The translations under genes were made by a program, and so were the position numbers. A DNA stretch of 24,000 nt from NCBI GenBank assembly GCA_965247715.1, contig CBDFHS010000005.1:54113-78112 (forward strand). The letters are read 5' to 3'. The notes under the pieces are model-generated. The model saw only the letters and a program-made list of their open reading frames with translations, was not told where the DNA came from and made no database searches. Positions 14,991 to 22,026 of the stretch are shown piece by piece. Source of the stretch: Nakamurella sp. Lineage in GTDB: Bacteria; Actinomycetota; Actinomycetes; Mycobacteriales; Nakamurellaceae. Position 1 is the stretch's first letter. Every line of letters starts with the position of its first letter.

Positions 14991-16918
14991 CCGGAGCACA
15001 GCTTCTTGATCGGCTCCTGCTGCCCGGAGCGCCGCCGTTCGCGCTGCTGCACCGCCGCGGCGCCACCGGCGACGACCGGCTTGACATCGTCATCGGCACG
15101 GTCACCGAGCCGGCCCAGATCGCCGATATCGTCCTGCCTGGACCCGGGGACCGCGACCGCCACGAGGTGCTCGCGGTCCTGCCGTACCGGCAGATCGCGG
15201 AGCGGGGGTTCGCCTGCGTCGACGACGGGGCGCCGTTGCTGGCCATGACCATCACGGAGCAGGCCACCCTGGACCGAGCCGAAGCGATGAGCCGGCTGCC
15301 GGACGACCCGGTCGAGCTGACTGGCGGCGGCTTTGACCTCGACGACGAGCAGTACGCCGCCACCGTGCGGGAGGTGGTCGCCGAGGAGATCGGTCGGGGC
15401 ACCGGTGCTAACTTTGTCCTCAAGCGCACCTTCACCGCGACCGTGGAGGGCTGGTCCGCCCGTACCGCCCTGGCCTGCTTCCGCAGGCTGCTCGGCCGCG
15501 ATCACGGCTCGCACTGGACGTTCGTGGTGCACACCGGCGACCGCACGCTGGTGGGGGCCTCCCCGGAGCGGCACATCAGCCTCGCGGGGGGCACCGCAGT
15601 GATGAACCCGATCAGTGGCACGTACCGCTATCCCGCGGACGGCCCGAACCTGCCGGACGTGCTGTCCTTCCTGGCCGACGACAAGGAAGCCAACGAGCTG
15701 TACATGGTTCTGGACGAGGAGCTCAAGATGATGGGCCGGGTGTGCGAGCTCGGCGGACGCGCGGTGGGCCCGTACCTCAAGTCGATGGCCCAGGTGGCGC
15801 ACACGGAGTACTTCATCGAGGGACGCACCGACCTGGACGTGCGGGACGTGCTGCGTGACACTATGTTCGCCCCCACGGTCACCGGTGGCCCGGTGGAGAG
15901 CGCCTGCCGGGCGATCAGCCGCTTCGAGCCGGAGGGGCGCGGCTACTACGCCGGTGTGGTCGCGCTCATCGGACGCGATCGGGCCGGGGAGCGCGCGCTG
16001 GACTCCGCGATCGTGATCCGGACCGCGGAGGTCGACGCCGTCGGCCGGCTGCGCCTGGCGGTCGGCGCGACCCTCGTGAGGGACTCCGACCCGGCCGCAG
16101 AGGCGGCCGAGACTGTGGCCAAGGCTTCCGGGCTGCTGGACGCGCTGCGGGGCGCCCCGGCCGCGTCGCACCGGGCCGCGCCGACGGCCTCGCTCGGGGC
16201 CCACCCCGCGATCCGGCGCATGCTGGCGCGGCGTAACGAGTCGCTCGGCGAGTTCTGGCTGGAGGCCCCGCAGACGCGGCACCGCCGGGTGGCCGACCTG
16301 CTCCACCGGCGGATCCTGGTGATCGACGCGGAGGACAACTTCACCCTGATGGCCAGGCACATGATCTCGTCCCTCGGCTGCGTGGTGCACGTCCGCCGGT
16401 TCGACGAGCTGTACGATCTGCGGGCCTACGACCTGGTGATTGTGGGGCCGGGTCCTGGGGACCCGACGGACCGCGCCGACCGCAAGATCGCGTGGTTGCA
16501 GAACGAGACCCGCCGCCTGCTCGAGCTCGGTGTCCCCTTTTTTTCGGTCTGCCTCGGCCACCAGGTTCTCAGCACGGTGCTTAGGTTGCCGATCGTGCGC
16601 AACGCCACCCCCAGCCAGGGGGTGCAGCGCGAGATCGAGGTGTTCGGCCGCCGCGAGCAGGTGGGCTTCTACAACACCTTCTCCGCCCGCTGCGACACCG
16701 ACGAGGTGCCCAGCGTGCTGCGGCCCGGGACGGTCACGGTCAGCCGCGACCGGACGACCGGCGAGGTGTACGCGCTGCGCGGCCCGGGCTTCGCGTCGGT
16801 GCAGTTCCATCCGGTGTCTGTGCTGACCAGGCACGGGGCGGAACTGCTCGGTGAGGTGTTTAGCGATCTGTTGGCCGAGACCGGGTACCCGTCGCCTCCC
16901 CTGCTCGCCGCGGGTTAG
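14987..16918 (+). CDS. Fused MST + class I glutamine amidotransferase enzyme, PhzE-type 2-amino-2-desoxyisochorismate (ADIC) synthase
   Basis: GTG at 14987 in a GTGA overlap with the upstream stop; 643 aa. The N-terminus LLDRLLLPGAPPFALLHRRG is PhzE-like. MST motifs GASPERH and PISGT. The C-terminal GATase has FFSVCLGHQ (Cys522) and VQFHPVS (His608). Confidence 0.85.
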   Translation: MTGAQLLDRLLLPGAPPFALLHRRGATGDDRLDIVIGTVTEPAQIADIVLPGPGDRDRHEVLAVLPYRQIAERGFACVDDGAPLLAMTITEQATLDRAEAMSRLPDDPVELTGGGFDLDDEQYAATVREVVAEEIGRGTGANFVLKRTFTATVEGWSARTALACFRRLLGRDHGSHWTFVVHTGDRTLVGASPERHISLAGGTAVMNPISGTYRYPADGPNLPDVLSFLADDKEANELYMVLDEELKMMGRVCELGGRAVGPYLKSMAQVAHTEYFIEGRTDLDVRDVLRDTMFAPTVTGGPVESACRAISRFEPEGRGYYAGVVALIGRDRAGERALDSAIVIRTAEVDAVGRLRLAVGATLVRDSDPAAEAAETVAKASGLLDALRGAPAASHRAAPTASLGAHPAIRRMLARRNESLGEFWLEAPQTRHRRVADLLHRRILVIDAEDNFTLMARHMISSLGCVVHVRRFDELYDLRAYDLVIVGPGPGDPTDRADRKIAWLQNETRRLLELGVPFFSVCLGHQVLSTVLRLPIVRNATPSQGVQREIEVFGRREQVGFYNTFSARCDTDEVPSVLRPGTVTVSRDRTTGEVYALRGPGFASVQFHPVSVLTRHGAELLGEVFSDLLAETGYPSPPLLAAG

Positions 16919-16942
16919 GGGAGGGCGGCGGCGGGACCCGGA

Positions 16943-17347
16943 TCAGCGGGTGACCATGTCGAGGAAGTGGCGATTGAACATCACGCCGAGGATGTTGCCG
17001 AACGGGTCGATCACGGAAGCGGTGATGAAGCCGGGCCCGCGCTCCACCGGCTCACCGTGCCTGGTAGCCCCGAGCGACAGCAGGCGGTTGAAGGCCGCAT
17101 GCACGGCGTCCACGTGCCAGTAGACCACCGCGCCCGTCGCCTTGCCGGGGTCCCCGCTGGTCGCGAAGCGGCGGTCCATGATTCCCAGCTCGTGCTGCAT
17201 ATCGCCGATCCGGAACTCGACGTAGGCAGGAGGTCCCTGCTCCGGCCGCACGAAGTACGGCTCGACACCGAGCAATTCCTGGTACCAGTCAGAGGCCGAC
17301 TGGACGTCTTCGGCAAAGAAGCTGACAGTGGAGAGTCCTCGTAGCAA
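16943..17347 (-). CDS. VOC-family (glyoxalase/bleomycin-resistance/dioxygenase fold) protein
   Basis: LSTVSFFAEDVQSASDWYQELLG...YVEFRIGDMQHELGI...VVYWHVDAVHAAFNRLLSLGA...ASVIDPFGNILGV is a typical paired beta-alpha-beta-beta-beta layout. The chosen start is TTG at 17347, with GGAAGGA 7 nt upstream. Alternatives are GTG at 17413 or the ORF-track start at 17548. Confidence 0.7.
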   Translation of the reverse strand: MLRGLSTVSFFAEDVQSASDWYQELLGVEPYFVRPEQGPPAYVEFRIGDMQHELGIMDRRFATSGDPGKATGAVVYWHVDAVHAAFNRLLSLGATRHGEPVERGPGFITASVIDPFGNILGVMFNRHFLDMVTR

Positions 17348-17821
17348 GACGCATTCCTTCCGAGCTGTGAAACGTCGCACTGCGCGCAACGACCGCACGG
17401 TGGCGATGGACACGCCACCCGCACGGTAAGTTCCGTCATCCGGTGACCGGGCCGGCTCCACCGGGAAACACACGCAGTGCGAAAGCGTTCTTGGTCTGTT
17501 CCTTCCACGCGGCCACGTGTGACTCTGTGGCCACCGGTTCGGTGTCACCGCAGAACTGAAGGGCCATTACGGGACGTAAACATCGGTTTCTCTCGTACAC
17601 CTCTGCATCTCGCTCGCCGAACCCGATCCATCTGGCGATGCTGGACCGTCCCGGCTTTGTCGCGGCTGCTCTTGCCCTGCCCGGCACCTCCCGGATCAGG
17701 CTGCCGCCAGCTACGCTCTGCCCGCTGCGACGGGGCTCGCGGTGGAGGTCTTCCACCTCCACTCGGTCGAACAGCGCTTTCCGCGGCGCACGAACGTGTC
17801 AAGTCAATTGAGACATCAGAG

Positions 17822-18018
17822 TGAAGATTTTGTGGGTAGGTTTCAGTGATTTTCGATCGTGGACGGGGGCCGGTTGATCCAGGCCCGCTGGGGTAGCTCG
17901 GGTGCGGTCGGCTTGCCGCGGGCGAAGCGTTCGGGGTGTGTTTGGTACGCAGTGGTGAGGACGATTTGGTGGGCGTCTCGGATGTTTTCCAGGTGCCGTC
18001 GTGCACGGATGCTGGGGG
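17822..18018 (-). pseudogene. 3' remnant of an rve/DDE integrase-type (IS3/IS481-like) transposase gene plus a putative IS end
   Basis: Two frames read TPASVHDGTW then ENIRDAHQIVLTTAYQTHPERFARGKPTAPELPQRAWINRP, with the stop at 17843-17845. This is the characteristic C-terminus (HTPxxVHxG...HPERF...WINxP). The downstream TGAAGATTTTGTGGGTAGGTTTCA (17822-17845) has TG..CA ends. Everything 5' of about 18018 is missing. Confidence 0.6.
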
Positions 18019-18480
18019 CTGCTCGGGATAGGTTCGGCGTAGCCACGCGGCGATCTGCTCCGGGCTCCACTCCAGCTCAAGCTTCGCCTGCACCAGTGCG
18101 CGTAAGTCGGTGTCCACCAACAGCCGGCCGCGTCGTGGACGGCGAGCCCGTTCCCGGGAGCGACTGTGCGCGAGGTCGCCGTCATAGCTGACGTCGTGCG
18201 GGCGCACGTTGCGGCGTAGCTCTCGGCTTGATCGTCGAGGGATCTCGCCCGAGTTGTTCGGCGATCGCGCCCTTGTCGTCGCAGCGTCGCGATGCGCTGC
18301 CGCTCGAGCAGCGAGAGATAACGGCCAGACCGGGCCGTCTCGGCCACTCGAGTCGGCGCAACACCGCCGTGCTCGGCTCGCCACCGATAGCCGGGTCTTA
18401 CGGCCGATGCCAAGGATTCGGCACGCCTCGACCGTCCCGACGCCGGCCAGGATCATGTTCCAGTACAGAGTCTCGGTATC
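18019..18480 (-). pseudogene. IS30-family transposase, N-terminal ~150 codons only, with at least 3 frameshifts
   Basis: Reading across three frames gives AGVGTVEACRILGIGRKT / GYRWRAEHGG..RYLSLLERQRIATLRRQG / AIAEQLGRDPSTI / SRELRRNVRP..RARRPRRGRLLVDTDLRALVQAKLELEWSPEQIAAWLRRTYPEQP. This is the IS30 double-HTH region. The catalytic domain is absent. Confidence 0.75.
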
Positions 18481-19049
18481 TAAGCTTGACTTTTAAGTGC
18501 GCCACGAGCGCAGAAGGTGAGGTTGATGTAGGAATGCCTCATTGATGCGGTGCTGTGTAGATGATGAAGGTTTTGTGGCCCTTCGGCGTCGCCCTGCGGG
18601 GGGAGGCGTCAAACCGCCTCAAGCTGCGTTGGTTGAAGACCGTCGTGGTGAGCGTTGAGGGAGAAGGCGCGGCGTGATCGCGTCAGGTGGGGATCGGGAA
18701 GGCGAGCGTGAGCGAACCGCTGATGACGTGTCGAAACAAGTAGATGACATCAAAACCGGGGCGGTTAAATGGTGCCGAGAAGAGCCTGGCGGGTTCCCGC
18801 TTATTGGCCAGGTGGTGTCCGGCATGGAGGCGGCGCGAGTCCGGTCTGCGGCTTCTACATGGAACGTGGGAAGGCGAGTGCCGATACTGCCGTCCTGCAC
18901 CGGGGGTGTAAGGCGGTGAGAGGGAGTGTGTCGCGCGGCGGAAACCGTGAGGCGTTGAGTACCGATGCGGCACACGCTGGCGGACCGACCCGTAGTAGTG
19001 ACGAACCTCCGGTAATAGGAGGGGAGCGAAGGGGTCGGCTCATCAAGAT

Positions 19050-20345
19050 TTGTTTACGCGGACAACCGGGCGAAGGTCTGGGATGAAACGGGTGAGCATG
19101 TCAGGTCCACAGGATAAGTCGTTTGATGTTCCGAAGAGTTTGGTGTGGGAGGCGTACAAGCGAGTCAAGGCGAACAAGGGTGCTGCTGGGGTGGACCGGT
19201 GCTCGATGGAGGACTTCGAGAAGGATCTCAAGGGGAACCTTTACAAGATCTGGAATCGGATGTCGTCGGGTTCCTATTTCCCTCCGGCGGTAAAGGCGGT
19301 AGAGATCCCGAAGCCTGGTGGGACAAGAATTTTAGGTGTGCCGACTGTAGGTGATCGCATTGCGCAGACGGTGGTCGCGTTGACGTTGGAATCCCGCACG
19401 GAAGCGATCTTTCATGACGATTCCTACGGGTACCGGCCGAAGCGGTCCGCGTTGCAGGCGGTCGAGCGGTGCCGGCAACGGTGCTGGAAGAAAGACTGGG
19501 TGTTGGATCTGGACGTCCAGAAATTCTTTGACTCTGTGGATCACGCTCTCATGGTCAAGGCCGTGGAGGCGAATACCGACAAACCGTGGGTGGTGCTGTA
19601 CGTGCAGCGGTGGCTGGTAGCACCGTTGCAACTACCTGACGGGACCCTGCAACAACGAGACCGGGGGACCCCACAGGGATCTGCGGTTTCGCCCGTGCTG
19701 GCGAACATTTTCATGCATTACGCGTTTGATATGTTCCTGGTGAGGGAGTTCCCAACCGTGGAGTTTGAGCGTTACGCCGACGATGCGGTGGTGCACTGTG
19801 TGACTGAGCGTCAAGCCCGGCAGGTATGGGCGGCGCTCGCTGAGAGAATGGTCAAAGTCGGGCTGCGGTTACACCCCGACAAAACCAAGATGGTGTATTG
19901 CAAGGACAGCAGACGTCGGGGTTCGTACTCGGAGACGTCGTTTAAGTTCCTTGGGTACACGTTCGGCCCTCGGAAAGCACGATACCCGGATGGGAAGGCG
20001 TTCACGTCGTTCCTGCCCGCGGTGAGTCCGGAGGCACTCAAGGCGATGGGTCAACAGGTCCGTGAATGGCGGATCCATTTGCGCACCAGACTCGATTTGG
20101 ACGAGCTCGCTGATTGGATTAATCCGATCGTGTCGGGCTGGATGACGTTTTATGGTCGATTCTACCGGTCACAGCTTTATCCCTTCCTGCGACGTATCAA
20201 CACCTACGTGATGCGTTGGGCTCGGAAGAAGTACAAACGGTTACGTGGCTATAAACGCTTCAAGGCATGGTGGTCCGGGCTTATCGATCGAGAACCCGGG
20301 CTGTTTAAACATTGGGCGTGGGTCCGCGATTTCGTGTGGGTTTGA
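19050..20345 (+). CDS. Group II intron reverse transcriptase/maturase (no endonuclease domain)
   Basis: RT blocks: GAAGVDRCSMEDFEKDL, YFPPAVKAVEIPKPGGTRILGVPTVGDRIAQ, SYGYRPKRSALQA, DLDVQKFFDSVDH, GTPQGSAVSPVLANIFM, RYADDAVVHC (YADD). Maturase X region: FKFLGYTF...WINPIVSGWMTFYG. A more likely start is ATG at 19083 or 19098. Confidence 0.92.
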   Translation: MFTRTTGRRSGMKRVSMSGPQDKSFDVPKSLVWEAYKRVKANKGAAGVDRCSMEDFEKDLKGNLYKIWNRMSSGSYFPPAVKAVEIPKPGGTRILGVPTVGDRIAQTVVALTLESRTEAIFHDDSYGYRPKRSALQAVERCRQRCWKKDWVLDLDVQKFFDSVDHALMVKAVEANTDKPWVVLYVQRWLVAPLQLPDGTLQQRDRGTPQGSAVSPVLANIFMHYAFDMFLVREFPTVEFERYADDAVVHCVTERQARQVWAALAERMVKVGLRLHPDKTKMVYCKDSRRRGSYSETSFKFLGYTFGPRKARYPDGKAFTSFLPAVSPEALKAMGQQVREWRIHLRTRLDLDELADWINPIVSGWMTFYGRFYRSQLYPFLRRINTYVMRWARKKYKRLRGYKRFKAWWSGLIDREPGLFKHWAWVRDFVWV

Positions 20346-20351
20346 TGAGAA

Positions 20352-20385
20352 GAGCGGAATGACGGGAGACTGTCACGTTCCGTTC
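20352..20385 (+). ncRNA. Group II intron domain V (catalytic hairpin)
   Basis: GAGCGGAAUGACGG-GAGA-CUGUCA-CG-UUCCGUUC: an 8-bp lower stem containing the AGC triad, a 2-nt bulge (20376-20377), a 6-bp upper stem and a GNRA tetraloop GAGA. Confidence 0.9.
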
Positions 20386-20388
20386 TGT

Positions 20389-20425
20389 GGGAGCCCGGGG
20401 GTGTAATTCCCCCGGGCCACCCGAC
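20389..20425 (+). ncRNA. Group II intron domain VI with branch-point A, and the 3' splice site
   Basis: Stem 20389-20401 / 20409-20422. A20419 is unpaired and lies 7 nt from the last intron nucleotide; the intron ends in AC. Confidence 0.75.
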
Positions 20426-21884
20426 CCCTTTGGCTCCTGTTTGCCAGGCTTTGCGGTGTCGACTGTGGAGCGCTTTTTGCCGACGTCGTGCCGGGTGCGT
20501 GCGGGCCTCGTGGTCCCTTTAGGACGGCCAGGCCCGGCGATCGTGAATTTTGCCGTTCTAGCCGGAGTCCCGAGATGGCGGCGTAGCGTGGAAAAACCTC
20601 GACGGACCCGGCCCGGGGTCATCGCCCGTTGCGCGGGTAGCGGCTTCTCCCACCGGCGACGCAAGTCGTCGGTGAGAGTCTGAGCGAGACGTAGCTGGGC
20701 GTGTGCGGCCAGGATCAGCCAGGTCCACCGCTGGCCCTGTTCCGGAGTGCGGACCTGTGGGGCGGTCCAGCCGAGCATGCTCTTGAGGAATCGGAAGGTA
20801 TGTTCCACGTCGAAGCGGCGCAGGTAGGTCTTCCATAACAGGTCTAGGTCGAAGGCTGTGCCGGGCGGAGCGGTGTGCCATAGCCACAGATCCTGCGGCG
20901 CGCGGTTACCCGTAAGACGTTCGACCTGGATACGGATCACCGAACCCGCCACGACGGGCAGCGCCCCCAGGTGGCCTTTCCAAGCGCCCTGGCTGCTCAG
21001 TTTCTGGTGCAGCCCGTGCCACGCGCTGACCGTCACCGCCCCGTAGCGGGGGTTGTGACCCAGCAACGTCTGCTCGGCCTGGGGCAGGCCCGCTGGGTGA
21101 GAAAGCTCGAATCGGTTGCCGTGCAGCTTCGGCCGGCCCGGCCGGCCGTCGCGTAGCCGTCTGGGTGCGGGCGTGTAGAACACCCGGTCGCTGCGGACGC
21201 GCCCCAGAACCTGCACCCCGTGGGTGCCGGCAAGGTGGGTGATCCGGGTCAGGTCGTAGCCGGAGTCGAACACGAACACCGGGGCCGGACGCCCCGCCAG
21301 GGTGCCAGCTTGCGCGAGGCGGGCCATTACCGCACCGATCTGCGCGACCGTGACCACGGTCGCGTCGTCGTCCGGCCCGATCCGCGTCGCGTCCAGCACG
21401 GCCGTCCATGACGAGGCCCCCCATTCCAGCCCCGCGGCGAACGAGAACGGCCAACCCGGAACCGTCTTACGTGAACCGTCGCAGCGGCACGCCGTGTAGC
21501 AGTGACACAACCCCTCGGAGGTCACCGCGTCCGGACGCGGCCACGCCGACACGTCCATCGCGATCTTCACCGGCCCATGTCGGCCGGCTCCCACGTCCGC
21601 GTGATCAACGCAGCTAACGCGGCGACGTCCACTTCGCCGGACGCCACCGCGTCATACAACGCTCCGTGACCGCGCCGGAATGCCTTCTCCAGCGAGAGCT
21701 CCACGAGCGACGACACCGGACCATCCGCGGTCAGTACAGCATCGACCAGCTCGAACAACGCGTCCGCACGCCGCCCGAAACACTCGTACAACCTCTGCCG
21801 GAATTCCACTAACGCTGCACGACACGCCGCCGGATCAGTCACGACAGCGTCCGCGTTGGCTGACATAGTGGACCTCACGGCCAC
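20426..21884 (-). pseudogene. IS4-like DDE transposase, frameshifted near codon 100, with its stop codon displaced by the intron
   Basis: The N-terminal ORF (21884-21567) reads ..FRQRLYECFGRRADALFELVDAVL..RRGHGALYDAV..TRTWEPADMGR*. The next frame continues GPVKIAMDVSAWPRPDAVTSE...WKTYLRRFDVEHTFRFLK, so a 1-nt shift is needed near 21575-21585. With the intron removed the frame ends ..QEPKG then TAA (18493-18495). In the present DNA it reads 39 extra codons through antisense intron sequence to 20305. Confidence 0.75.
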
Positions 21885-21992
21885 CCCGCATCCCTCGAAG
21901 CTTCAACACTCCGAAGGATCACGGGTGGCCGTACCCATGTCCTACGACACACCGAAAACCGCCTCCACGACCCTCCGATCGTGGAAGCAGCA

Positions 21993-22010
21993 GGTTAAAA
22001 CTCAAGCTAA
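21993..22010. repeat. Intact terminal inverted repeat of the IS4-like element, equivalent to an unoccupied copy of the intron target
   Basis: GGTTAAAACTCAAGCTAA. Its reverse complement, TTAGCTTGAGTTTTAACC, matches the intron-split repeat at 16/18 nt. Confidence 0.75.
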
Positions 22011-22026
22011 TGTGGTATCTGGCGGT

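Larger units (their letters stand above)
18497..20425 (+). mobile_element. Complete group II intron (1929 nt) with intron-encoded RT/maturase
   Basis: The 5' end is GTGCG (18497-18501), the RT ORF sits in the domain IV position, and canonical domain V and domain VI with a bulged A follow. The 3' end is ..GAC at 20425. Both boundaries are independently fixed by continuity of the host IS inverted repeat across the insertion. Confidence 0.9.
18481..22010 (-). mobile_element. IS4-superfamily-like insertion sequence (about 1.6 kb without the intron), bounded by 18-bp imperfect inverted repeats and carrying a group II intron in one repeat
   Basis: The left end TAAGCTTGACTTTTAA (18481-18496) plus CC (20426-20427) matches the reverse complement of the right end (21993-22010), TTAGCTTGAGTTTTAACC, at 16/18 nt. 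The transposase reading frames run between them. GGTATC occurs outside both ends (18475-18480 and 22014-22019). Confidence 0.7.

Noticed and set aside
13514-16918. The possibility that the PhzE/PhzD-like genes mark a phenazine cluster.
   Set aside because: No phzF, phzG or phzA/B-like ORFs are present in the window. An EntA-like dehydrogenase follows instead, which fits DHHA oxidation to 3-HAA rather than phenazine formation.
7728-16918. The possibility of an enterobactin/bacillibactin-type catecholate siderophore locus (entC/E/B/A look-alikes).
   Set aside because: The 'entC-like' gene next to the isochorismatase is a glutamine-amidotransferase fusion. The isochorismatase lacks the ArCP domain of EntB/DhbB, and the ligase pocket is salicylate-type. 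No multimodular NRPS with C or TE domains and no siderophore uptake genes are seen. A salicylate-capped siderophore cannot be fully excluded without the upstream sequence.
17436-17762. 108-aa minus-strand and 115-aa plus-strand ORFs in the 17.4-17.8 kb gap, plus a small hairpin at 17742-17762 (GTGGAGGT/ACCTCCAC).
   Set aside because: No family motif is recognisable in any frame. This is probably decayed sequence between the VOC gene and the IS remnants, and the hairpin has no clear associated gene.
18209-18545. Plus-strand ORFs (18209-18496 and 18228-18545) overlapping the IS30 remnant and the intron 5' end.
   Set aside because: They are antisense shadow frames of the IS30 pseudogene and run across the IS/intron boundary, so they cannot be a native gene.
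20305-20425. The C-terminal 39 codons of the 429-aa transposase ORF.
   Set aside because: This part is the reverse complement of intron domains V and VI and the RT gene end, so it is read-through created by the intron insertion. The native frame ends at a TAA reconstituted across the intron.
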